Shown: piece by piece, positions 56,678 through 62,987 of the stretch
Layout: each line of letters opens with the position of its first letter
Numbering within the stretch: position 1 is the stretch's first letter
Source of the DNA: a phage
Strand: one strand, 5' to 3'
Length of the DNA stretch: 64,000 nucleotides
Sequence record: PV808484.1
Notes under the pieces: model-generated
Seen by the model: only the letters and a program-made list of their open reading frames with translations
Databases searched by the model: none
What the model was told of the DNA's origin: nothing
Program-made: the position numbers and the translations under genes

Positions 56678-57571
56678 ATGAAAGTTAGTATTCTACATGG
56701 TGTTGACTGTTATGTTACTGATGTAGACGTTAAAGTGTTTACATTCTCTGGTGGAGAACAACATGTTCAATTAGATACGAACCTGTCAGGTTTCAATCAT
56801 GCTACAGACAGAATCTTACTCACATTAGAAGTAAGATCTGCTAAAGACTTGATGACTTTGGTTATGACTAAGAATGCATTGGACAATATGCTATATCATA
56901 AACCATATTGTGTTGATTTACTCATGTTGTATGTACCGTATGCACGACAAGACAGAGTGTGTGAGCCTGGGGAAGCATTTGGAGTTAAAGCATTTGCTTC
57001 TATAATTAACTCATTAAATTTCTCACGTGTTATCGTTGCTGATCCACACAGTGATGTTACTCCAGCAGTGTTTGACAGACTCTGTGTAATACCTCAAGAA
57101 GAGATTGCTTACGAAACTTTAAAATGGAAGTTACGTATGGAGAATTTTGCTCTTGTTAGTCCTGATGGTGGTGCTCTTAAGAAAATATTTAAATTATCTA
57201 AGAAAATGTCTTTAGATGTGTTCTGTGCAGAGAAGGTTAGAGATACCGCAACAGGTGCTATTGTTCGTACAGACATTTCTGTACAGGATTTCAATAAGCG
57301 TAACCTGATGATCGTAGACGATATCTGTGATGGTGGTAGAACTTTTATCGAATTGGCTAAAGTGCTACGTGCTCGTAACGCAGGTAAGATTGAGCTATAT
57401 GTTACACACGGTATCTTTTCTAAAGGTCTTAAAGAGTTAAGTGAGCACTTTGACTGCATTCATTCTCTTAATATATGGGAAGATAACATCCAAGAAGATT
57501 CCGGTGTTCTTGTTAAGAATCAGTCAGATTTGCAACAACAAATTGTATCTCCATACGTGTGGAATTTTTAA
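56678..57571 (+). CDS. prs: ribose-phosphate pyrophosphokinase (Prs)-like enzyme; candidate ADP-ribose pyrophosphokinase
   Basis: YVPYARQDR, VIVADPHSD and MIVDDICDGGRTF phosphoribosyltransferase-type blocks aligned to Prs. Confidence 0.8.
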   Translation: MKVSILHGVDCYVTDVDVKVFTFSGGEQHVQLDTNLSGFNHATDRILLTLEVRSAKDLMTLVMTKNALDNMLYHKPYCVDLLMLYVPYARQDRVCEPGEAFGVKAFASIINSLNFSRVIVADPHSDVTPAVFDRLCVIPQEEIAYETLKWKLRMENFALVSPDGGALKKIFKLSKKMSLDVFCAEKVRDTATGAIVRTDISVQDFNKRNLMIVDDICDGGRTFIELAKVLRARNAGKIELYVTHGIFSKGLKELSEHFDCIHSLNIWEDNIQEDSGVLVKNQSDLQQQIVSPYVWNF

Positions 57572-57581
57572 ATAATAAGTG

Positions 57582-57625
57582 TTGACAATAGGGAGTATGC
57601 TTAGTAAGATACTCCCACACTAACA
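57582..57625 (+). promoter_or_regulatory. TTGACA promoter plus leader hairpin GGGAGTAT-N-ATACTCCC
   Basis: read directly upstream of ATG 57643. Confidence 0.45.
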
Positions 57626-57642
57626 AACAAGGAGACATAACT

Positions 57643-59376
57643 ATGAATATTTTTGCACCTTTTGCTACTGATTGGTATAAACCTGGTCACAAGCAGATGT
57701 ACAACCAAAATACAAAACTTATTTTCTCTAATTTAACTCCTCGTAATGATAAAAACTTTGCACACTATGCAGATCGTGAAGCACGTGGTGTCATTGTTTT
57801 AGGTATTCGTAGAGCAGTAACCGATGCTCTTGTAACTATGTGGGACGGCTTCTTTAAAATGTCTCGTAGTGCAGCAGTAAATAAATTTTATCGTATGTCT
57901 AAAAATGCATTAGGTGCTTCTGCTCCTTCTGCTGAATGTTGGGGAGAATTGCACGATTTAGGTTATCTTCCGCTGGAAGTTCGATCTCTGCCAGAAGGTG
58001 TTTTGTGTCCTATTGGTGTTCCTGTGTTTACTGTGCATAATACTTTAGAAAAATTCTTTTGGTTAACTAATTATGTGGAAACACTGTTGTCAGATGAAAC
58101 TTGGAAGACAATGACTAATGCCACAGCAGCTTTTCAGTATAAGCGTATCGCTATGGCATATGCGATGGCAACGTGTGATAATATTGATCACGTTAACTTC
58201 CAGTGTCATGACTTTAGCCTACGTGGTTTAAGTAATATCGAAGATGGTTATAAGAGTGGTATCGCTCATTTGGCATCGTTCACAGGAACAGATAATATTC
58301 TGGCTATTGAAACTGTACATGATTATTATGGTATTGATTATGATCAGTTTGTTGCAGGTTCTATTCCGGCTACAGAACATTCAGTAGCAACGACTAACAT
58401 TGGAGCTATTGTTGAAGATCTGAAGGAACATTTCCCACGTCTTAAAGATGATGTAGATTGGCTTCGTTATGTAGCAGAAAAAGAGTTTCTTCGTCGTTAT
58501 ATTGAAGAAATTGTTCCAGAAGGTTTTTGTTCATATGTAGCAGATTCTTATGATTACTGGGCTGTATTGACTAACATTCTGGTAGAGTTGAAAGATTCTA
58601 TTATGTCACGAAATGGTCGTCTTGTTATTCGTCCAGACTCAGGAGATCCGGTTAAAGTTGTTGCAGGATACAATATTGAATCTTTTGATAACTATGAAGA
58701 CCTTTTAAATAATGGTATTGCGACAGCCACTGAAGTAGTTCATTTGGCTGATGTTAATAAGTATTACAATGTTCTTCAGGATTGCAGTGTTGCTGACTGT
58801 ATTGATGAAACTTATGAAATTCCTTATTATGAAGCAGTAGGTTCTATTCAAATCCTTTGGGAAGTGTTTGGTGGTACTATCAACCGAAAAGGCTACAAGG
58901 TTCTTGATCAGCATATCGGTATGATTTATGGTGATTCTATTACTGTTGAACGAGAACACGAGATCTTACGCCGACTGAAGAAGAAAGGTTTTGCAGCTTC
59001 CAATATTGTATTTGGTGTTGGTAGTTATACTTATCAGTTCAATACACGAGATACTTTCGGTTTTGCTGTTAAAGCAACAGGTAGTATCATCGGTGAACAC
59101 GAAATTTTGGTAAGTAAGGAGCCTAAAACTGATCCTGGTAAACGCTCTGCAAAAGGCTTTATTAAGGTTGTTAAGGATACCAATGGTAATCTCTCTCTTG
59201 TAGATAATCTTTCTTTTAAAGATATCCAGGATGAAGACAATGAGTTACAAGTTATCTTCAAGAATGGTAAGGTTATTACACCACAAGTAGAAGGACGTGA
59301 TGAAACATTTACTGATATCCGCAACCGTGTTGACGTAGAGGTTCTTCGTACTATGGGAACCATCCAGGTTGACTAA
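57643..59376 (+). CDS. nadV: nicotinamide phosphoribosyltransferase (NAMPT/NadV)-like enzyme
   Basis: N-terminal FATDWYKPGHKQMY block typical of NAMPT; 577 aa with extensions. Confidence 0.85.
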   Translation: MNIFAPFATDWYKPGHKQMYNQNTKLIFSNLTPRNDKNFAHYADREARGVIVLGIRRAVTDALVTMWDGFFKMSRSAAVNKFYRMSKNALGASAPSAECWGELHDLGYLPLEVRSLPEGVLCPIGVPVFTVHNTLEKFFWLTNYVETLLSDETWKTMTNATAAFQYKRIAMAYAMATCDNIDHVNFQCHDFSLRGLSNIEDGYKSGIAHLASFTGTDNILAIETVHDYYGIDYDQFVAGSIPATEHSVATTNIGAIVEDLKEHFPRLKDDVDWLRYVAEKEFLRRYIEEIVPEGFCSYVADSYDYWAVLTNILVELKDSIMSRNGRLVIRPDSGDPVKVVAGYNIESFDNYEDLLNNGIATATEVVHLADVNKYYNVLQDCSVADCIDETYEIPYYEAVGSIQILWEVFGGTINRKGYKVLDQHIGMIYGDSITVEREHEILRRLKKKGFAASNIVFGVGSYTYQFNTRDTFGFAVKATGSIIGEHEILVSKEPKTDPGKRSAKGFIKVVKDTNGNLSLVDNLSFKDIQDEDNELQVIFKNGKVITPQVEGRDETFTDIRNRVDVEVLRTMGTIQVD

Positions 59377-59447
59377 ATAAAAACTTCGTGATAAGATTAA
59401 GGTAAGGAGAGCCTACAACTGCCCTGGATGGGCTTCACGAAGGATTT

Positions 59448-59669
59448 ATGAAACAACATAATTTTTATTTTCGTTGCCGAGCCTGTAACAGACACTTGAC
59501 TAATCATTCCCGTAGAGACAGGAATGGTAATATTCAAGAGTCGGATCTATGCTCGATTTGTACAAGTTTGGCATTCGACGACAGTCCCGAAAGGGTTTAT
59601 CAACATCAAAGTGTAACTGATCTTCTTCTAAATTACACAGCATCAGAGGAGGAATTAGATTTCACATAA
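59448..59669 (+). CDS. small zinc-finger-like protein
   Basis: CRACNRH...CSIC. Confidence 0.45.
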   Translation: MKQHNFYFRCRACNRHLTNHSRRDRNGNIQESDLCSICTSLAFDDSPERVYQHQSVTDLLLNYTASEEELDFT

Positions 59670-59682
59670 TTAAGGAAACAGT

Positions 59683-59796
59683 ATGTCTACAGAAATTATT
59701 TTTGGCTTATCTGTTTTTATTGCTATTGTATCCTTTGTATGCGGTTATACACTATTTTTATTGCTGTTGTATCTTTTGTATGCTGCTCTACACTAG
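59683..59796 (+). CDS. small hydrophobic protein (37 aa) containing a tandem 41 bp duplication
   Basis: ACAGTATG start; direct repeat 59716-59755 and 59757-59796. Confidence 0.3.
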   Translation: MSTEIIFGLSVFIAIVSFVCGYTLFLLLLYLLYAALH

Positions 59797-59830
59797 GTTA
59801 CAGATTAAGAAAAAATATTGTAAAAACTAG

Positions 59831-59860
59831 TTGACAACATAGCTAGTTATTTGCTAAGAT
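59831..59860 (+). promoter_or_regulatory. TTGACA-type promoter
   Basis: TTGACA 59831-59836, TAAGAT about 18 bp downstream. Confidence 0.4.
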
Positions 59861-59889
59861 AAGCACAAGTTAAACAAAAGGAGAAAACT

Positions 59890-60156
59890 ATGACAGAAAA
59901 GACTTATGGCAAAGAATTGATTGAGAAGCACGTATTGATTGATAATAAAGGTGGAGCAATCTTTATTTTTGATCCTGAATCAGTTCTTACTGAAAACGAA
60001 AATGGTAGCGTTAGCCTTAAAACAGAAAGTTTGGTAATTGACTTCCTTGCTCTTCTGGATGAAATGGGGCTTCCTCACGAAGAAGAAGCAGCTATTGCTT
60101 TGATTGCAGTTCTTCTGGAGAAACGCGAAGCTGGTGAAATGACCCAGTATGCTTAA
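59890..60156 (+). CDS. hypothetical protein
   Basis: ORF track; AAAGGAG RBS. Confidence 0.5.
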   Translation: MTEKTYGKELIEKHVLIDNKGGAIFIFDPESVLTENENGSVSLKTESLVIDFLALLDEMGLPHEEEAAIALIAVLLEKREAGEMTQYA

Positions 60157-60163
60157 TATTCAA

Positions 60164-60239
60164 GGTTCCATAGCTCACTGACGAGAGCGCACACCTCATA
60201 AGTGTCGAGGGCAGGGATTGTAACACTGGGGAACCACCA
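60164..60239 (+). tRNA. tRNA-like element, possible tRNA-Met (anticodon loop CTCATAA), atypical T-loop
   Basis: 6 bp acceptor pairing GGTTCC/GGAACC, ACCA 3' end, D-stem GCTC/GAGC; T-loop ATTGTAA non-canonical. Confidence 0.35.
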
Positions 60240-60270
60240 TTTAAAAGGAGGTGTTATGCATCTCCTATAT

Positions 60271-60356
60271 GCAAGTGTGGTGGAATTGGTGATACACATT
60301 GTGCTTAAAACGCAACGCTTAAATGATTGAGGGTTCGAATCCCTCCACTTGCACCA
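60271..60356 (+). tRNA. tRNA-Leu (anticodon TAA), class II
   Basis: acceptor GCAAGTG/CACTTGC, T-arm GAGGG-TTCGAAT-CCCTC, anticodon loop CTTAAAA, long variable arm, encoded CCA. Confidence 0.7.
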
Positions 60357-60358
60357 AC

Positions 60359-60464
60359 GCCTAGTAGGGTATTTGGTAATTCCGAGGCCATCAAAGCCTG
60401 AAAAATATGTTAGACCGCTTTGTCTAACTAAATACGAAATATGGTTCGATTCCATAACTAGGCT
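60359..60464 (+). tRNA. atypical 106 nt tRNA-like element
   Basis: perfect 7 bp acceptor GCCTAGT/ACTAGGC and canonical T-arm TATGG-TTCGATT-CCATA, but about 30 nt too long; candidate anticodon loop CATCAAA. Confidence 0.3.
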
Positions 60465-60497
60465 TCAATTTAAATAGTAATTTTAGTAAAAAATATC

Positions 60498-60526
60498 TTG
60501 ACATTTACTTAGTTTTTTGTTATAGT
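60498..60526 (+). promoter_or_regulatory. promoter TTGACA-17-TATAGT driving downstream tRNAs
   Basis: read directly; ideal 17 bp spacing. Confidence 0.55.
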
Positions 60527-60537
60527 CGTTATGAAAA

Positions 60538-60619
60538 CGGGGTGTATCTCACCTGACTTCTAATCAGGCGTTAACCGAGTAATTGGAGTATGCAGGTTCG
60601 AATCCTGTCACCCCGGCCA
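60538..60619 (+). tRNA. tRNA-like element, possible tRNA-Arg (anticodon loop CTTCTAA) with irregular D region
   Basis: perfect acceptor CGGGGTG/CACCCCG, T-arm GCAGG-TTCGAAT-CCTGT, CCA; perfect stem-loop CCTGA-CTTCTAA-TCAGG; cloverleaf not resolved. Confidence 0.4.
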
Positions 60620-60682
60620 AAAAGTTTTAAAAACTACTTGACAAGCAAGATAGTTTTATGTTAGATTTAAAGTATGATAACT

Positions 60683-60772
60683 GGAAGGTAGGGCGCAGCG
60701 GTGCGCAACCAGGTTTGAACCCTGGCCCATTGTAGCGATACGGTGATGGTTCGACTCCATTATCTTCCTCCA
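60683..60772 (+). tRNA. tRNA-Ser (anticodon TGA), class II
   Basis: acceptor GGAAGGT/ATCTTCC, D-arm GCGC-AGCGGT-GCGC, anticodon arm CCAGG-TTTGAAC-CCTGG, 19 nt variable arm, T-arm GATGG-TTCGACT-CCATT, CCA. Confidence 0.8.
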
Positions 60773-60790
60773 AATTCAATGAGTGATTTT

Positions 60791-60943
60791 ATGAATTATA
60801 AAACTATTGGACAGGTTGTTACCGGAGTTAAGATTGTAAATAATAAAGTTGTTTATGAGTATTCTAATCTTCAACAATCTGAAGATGGTAAGAATATTCG
60901 TATGGTAAAAGCAGAACAAAAAGATTCCGGTTGTTTTGAATAA
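60791..60943 (+). CDS. hypothetical protein (50 aa)
   Basis: internal ATG of ORF 60743..60943; the upstream part overlaps tRNA-Ser. Confidence 0.35.
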   Translation: MNYKTIGQVVTGVKIVNNKVVYEYSNLQQSEDGKNIRMVKAEQKDSGCFE

Positions 60944-60951
60944 TTAAGAAC

Positions 60952-61037
60952 GGTAGATTGGTGAAATGGTAGCCACAACAGTTTGCTAAACTGTCGTCGG
61001 AAACGGCGTGTAGGTTCAAGTCCTACATCTACCGCCA
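60952..61037 (+). tRNA. tRNA-Ser (anticodon GCT), class II
   Basis: acceptor GGTAGAT/ATCTACC, anticodon arm ACAGT-TTGCTAA-ACTGT, variable hairpin CGTCGGAAACGGCG, T-arm GTAGG-TTCAAGT-CCTAC, CCA. Confidence 0.8.
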
Positions 61038-61172
61038 AGTTATCTTTAATGTAGCTTGTAATCTTACTTTAGCAGAGTAAATCTTCGGCAAGTGGCGGTA
61101 ACCACTTTACCGATACCCCAATACTTCATAGCTAAGTGCCGCAAACACTGGCTATTTTAAAGATAATTTTAT

Positions 61173-61247
61173 ACATCGTTAGCCAAGCGGTAAGGCACTT
61201 GACTTTTAATCAAGGGAGCGAAGGTTCGAATCCTTCACGATGTACCA
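61173..61247 (+). tRNA. tRNA-Lys (anticodon TTT)
   Basis: acceptor ACATCGT/ACGATGT, anticodon arm CTTGA-CTTTTAA-TCAAG, T-arm GAAGG-TTCGAAT-CCTTC, CCA. Confidence 0.85.
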
Positions 61248-61252
61248 AACAC

Positions 61253-61339
61253 GTAGGTATCGCATAGCGGCAATTGCTGGAGACTGTAAATCTCCTGCCC
61301 TTCGGGGCTTCGTTGGTTCGAGTCCAACTACCTGCACCA
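61253..61339 (+). tRNA. tRNA-Tyr (anticodon GTA), class II
   Basis: acceptor GTAGGTA/TACCTGC (one G-U), anticodon arm GGAGA-CTGTAAA-TCTCC, variable hairpin, T-arm GTTGG-TTCGAGT-CCAAC, CCA. Confidence 0.8.
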
Positions 61340-61346
61340 AATTAAA

Positions 61347-61431
61347 GATGGATTGGCCTAGTGGTTGGGCGACGGACTGTTAATCCGTGAACGAAAGTTC
61401 TAGCAAGGTTCAAATCCTTGATCCATCGCCA
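61347..61431 (+). tRNA. tRNA with Asn anticodon (GTT) on a class II (long variable arm) scaffold
   Basis: acceptor GATGGAT/ATCCATC, 3 bp D-stem GCC/GGC, anticodon arm ACGGA-CTGTTAA-TCCGT, 15 nt extra arm GAACGAAAGTTCTAG, T-arm CAAGG-TTCAAAT-CCTTG, G73, CCA. Confidence 0.65.
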
Positions 61432-61435
61432 AATA

Positions 61436-61504
61436 GTGCTTGTAGAGTTAATAGAAACCTCTAGAATTTTCTAGAATTGTAGGTATCAAATCCTACCAAG
61501 CAAA
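61436..61504 (+). tRNA. tRNA-like element, no encoded CCA, irregular anticodon region
   Basis: 6 bp acceptor pairing, T-arm GTAGG...CCTAC with 8 nt loop; region contains TCTAGA-ATTTTC-TAGA palindrome. Confidence 0.25.
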
Positions 61505-61510
61505 TATTTT

Positions 61511-61585
61511 GCTCCTATCGTATAACGGCTATTACGGTTGCCTTGTAAGCAACTTATCAGGGTTCGAGTCCTTGTGGGAGCACCA
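61511..61585 (+). tRNA. tRNA-Thr (anticodon TGT)
   Basis: acceptor GCTCCTA/TGGGAGC (one G-U), anticodon arm GTTGC-CTTGTAA-GCAAC, T-arm CAGGG-TTCGAGT-CCTTG, CCA. Confidence 0.8.
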
Positions 61586-61607
61586 ATTTAACTCTAAAGG
61601 AGTGTAT

Positions 61608-61931
61608 GTGACAGAAAAAGAGTTAGAGAAATATTTTAATATCAATGTTTTCGATGGTTTTGATGATATTGAAGATGTTGAAAGATACTATGAAGTAGAG
61701 TTAGATAAGGATAACATTGTAATTCTTTCTGCCACTTATGATTGTGCATATTATGAAGGCGAATCTCACGTTTATTTCTATGATATGAAAACATCTTTGT
61801 TTTATGAAGTACACGCATATCATTGTTCTTGTTATGGCTTAGAAGGTCAGTGGGAACCTGAAGAAATAGGTGATTTGAGCTTTACGGTTGCATATCTAAA
61901 CAGACGTGGTGCATCTACTATTTTAAAATAA
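61608..61931 (+). CDS. hypothetical protein
   Basis: GTG start 5 nt after AAAGGAG RBS; the ORF-track N-terminus overlaps tRNA-Thr. Confidence 0.45.
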   Translation: MTEKELEKYFNINVFDGFDDIEDVERYYEVELDKDNIVILSATYDCAYYEGESHVYFYDMKTSLFYEVHAYHCSCYGLEGQWEPEEIGDLSFTVAYLNRRGASTILK

Positions 61932-61945
61932 ATATTAAAAGCCTC

Positions 61946-61975
61946 TTGACAAAGGGGCTAATAATATGTTAGAGT
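61946..61975 (+). promoter_or_regulatory. TTGACA-type promoter upstream of tRNA-Gly
   Basis: TTGACA 61946-61951. Confidence 0.45.
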
Positions 61976-61986
61976 AATATTGTTAA

Positions 61987-62061
61987 GCGGGTATAGTGTT
62001 AATGGTAGCATATGAGGTTTCCACCCTCCAGGTGCAGGTTCAAGTCCTGTTACTCGCTCCA
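61987..62061 (+). tRNA. tRNA-Gly (anticodon TCC)
   Basis: acceptor GCGGGTA/TACTCGC, anticodon loop TTTCCAC, T-arm GCAGG-TTCAAGT-CCTGT, CCA. Confidence 0.7.
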
Positions 62062-62160
62062 AGATTATTTAAATGGAATCGCTAGAGAAAATTTCTCTTT
62101 TCGCTCATGGTTTTCTCCTTCAAACTCTAGCGGTTCTTTTTAAGTGATTTTTAGTTTTAT

Positions 62161-62235
62161 TGGAGATTAGCCTAGTGGGAAGGCAACGGCCTTTGAAGTC
62201 GTGATGACTAGGTTCGATTCCTAGATCTCCAGCCA
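62161..62235 (+). tRNA. tRNA-Gln (anticodon TTG)
   Basis: U1-A72 acceptor TGGAGAT/ATCTCCA, anticodon arm ACGGC-CTTTGAA-GTCGT, T-arm CTAGG-TTCGATT-CCTAG, CCA. Confidence 0.85.
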
Positions 62236-62242
62236 ATATTTA

Positions 62243-62318
62243 CAGTGCGTAGCGCAGTTGGTAGCGTGGGAGCTTTGGATGCTTCGGGTCGCAGGTTCGA
62301 GTCCTGCCGCACTGACCA
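62243..62318 (+). tRNA. tRNA-Pro (anticodon TGG)
   Basis: acceptor CAGTGCG/CGCACTG, D-arm GCGC-AGTTGGTA-GCGT, anticodon arm GGAGC-TTTGGAT-GCTTC, T-arm GCAGG-TTCGAGT-CCTGC, CCA. Confidence 0.85.
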
Positions 62319-62323
62319 AATTT

Positions 62324-62398
62324 GCAGAGATAGCTGAGACGGATTAGTGCTACCCTGAAAAGGTAGAAAGGATGGATCGTTACCATCTCTCTGCACCA
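62324..62398 (+). tRNA. tRNA-Phe (anticodon GAA)
   Basis: acceptor GCAGAGA/TCTCTGC, anticodon arm CTACC-CTGAAAA-GGTAG, T-arm GATGG-ATCGTTA-CCATC, CCA. Confidence 0.8.
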
Positions 62399-62475
62399 AA
62401 TAACACCATCCAAGGAGTAGACTTGGTTAACTGTCAATAGCACATTGAGGCTTCTTACAGTGGTGCACTTATTAT

Positions 62476-62560
62476 GGCTAAGTGGTGGAATGGTATACAC
62501 GATACGCTTAGAACGTATTGCCCCAAGGGATTGTGAGTTCGAGTCTCACCTTAGCTACCA
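62476..62560 (+). tRNA. tRNA-Leu (anticodon TAG), class II
   Basis: acceptor GGCTAAG/CTTAGCT, anticodon arm ATACG-CTTAGAA-CGTAT, long variable arm, T-arm GTGAG-TTCGAGT-CTCAC, CCA. Confidence 0.8.
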
Positions 62561-62575
62561 AATTACTACAGATTG

Positions 62576-62654
62576 CGCGGGATAGAGGAGTCTGGTCGTC
62601 CTCGCCAGTTTCATATGCTGGAGATCATCGGTTCGAATCCGATTCCCGCCTCCA
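62576..62654 (+). tRNA. tRNA-Met (anticodon CAT; elongator, initiator or Ile2 not distinguishable)
   Basis: acceptor with one C-C mismatch at pair 1-72, D-arm GAGG...CCTC, anticodon arm CCAGT-TTCATAT-GCTGG, T-arm ATCGG-TTCGAAT-CCGAT, CCA. Confidence 0.7.
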
Positions 62655-62698
62655 ATAAATACTTCCCTTCTGGTGTAATGATTAAATTACATTGACAC

Positions 62699-62795
62699 TT
62701 CAAGGAACTCATAGCCGGGTAGATTTAAAAGAGTATGGTACTCAATATGGCTCCAAACCATAGATCAGGGGGTTCGATTCCTCACCTTGCTGCCA
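62699..62795 (+). tRNA. tRNA-like element with Trp anticodon loop (CTCCAAA) but unpaired or extended 5' region
   Basis: perfect anticodon arm TATGG-CTCCAAA-CCATA, T-arm GGGGG-TTCGATT-CCTCA, CCA; 5' acceptor partner only 5 bp and about 22 nt too far upstream. Confidence 0.35.
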
Positions 62796-62800
62796 ATTAT

Positions 62801-62876
62801 TGTGGTATCGTACAGATGGTTAGTACACTCGACCGATAATCGAGAAACAACGGTTCGACTCCGTTTACCACGACCA
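62801..62876 (+). tRNA. tRNA-Ile (anticodon GAT)
   Basis: acceptor TGTGGTA/TACCACG, D-arm GTAC...GTAC, anticodon arm CTCGA-CCGATAA-TCGAG, T-arm AACGG-TTCGACT-CCGTT, CCA. Confidence 0.85.
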
Positions 62877-62987
62877 AACTCCGTGCCAGCGGTGTCTTCG
62901 AAGAACAAGCCTAGTTCCTTCTGAGATGGAGGGGTGCGACTCCTTAACGCACAATATACTACTACTAAATACTTATCAGGAGATATC

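Noticed and set aside
60153-60455. Minus-strand ORF (100 aa) across the start of the tRNA cluster
   Set aside because: It overlaps tRNA-Leu and the tRNA-like elements, has no RBS, and its translation is dominated by tRNA-derived sequence; treated as spurious.
61040-61170. Possible tRNA in the spacer between tRNA-Ser(GCT) and tRNA-Lys
   Set aside because: Only isolated hairpins (such as AGTGG-CGGTAA-CCACT) were found, with no T-arm or acceptor pairing.
61455-61480. TCTAGA-ATTTTC-TAGA palindrome as a possible cloning scar
   Set aside because: It sits inside a tRNA-like element in native-looking context with no vector sequence nearby; more likely a natural palindrome, though this cannot be proven from sequence alone.
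62208-62500. Minus-strand ORFs 62208..62399 and 62240..62500
   Set aside because: They lie entirely within tRNA-Gln, tRNA-Pro, tRNA-Phe and tRNA-Leu on the opposite strand; spurious.
60160-62900. Possible CRISPR array suggested by regularly spaced GGTTCGAATCC-like repeats
   Set aside because: The repeats are tRNA T-arms; the units are different tRNAs with cloverleaf pairing, not direct repeats with spacers, and no cas genes are present.
62883-62955. Possible additional degenerate tRNA (T-loop-like GGTGCGACTCC)
   Set aside because: Acceptor and anticodon stems could not be paired convincingly; at most a decayed tRNA remnant.
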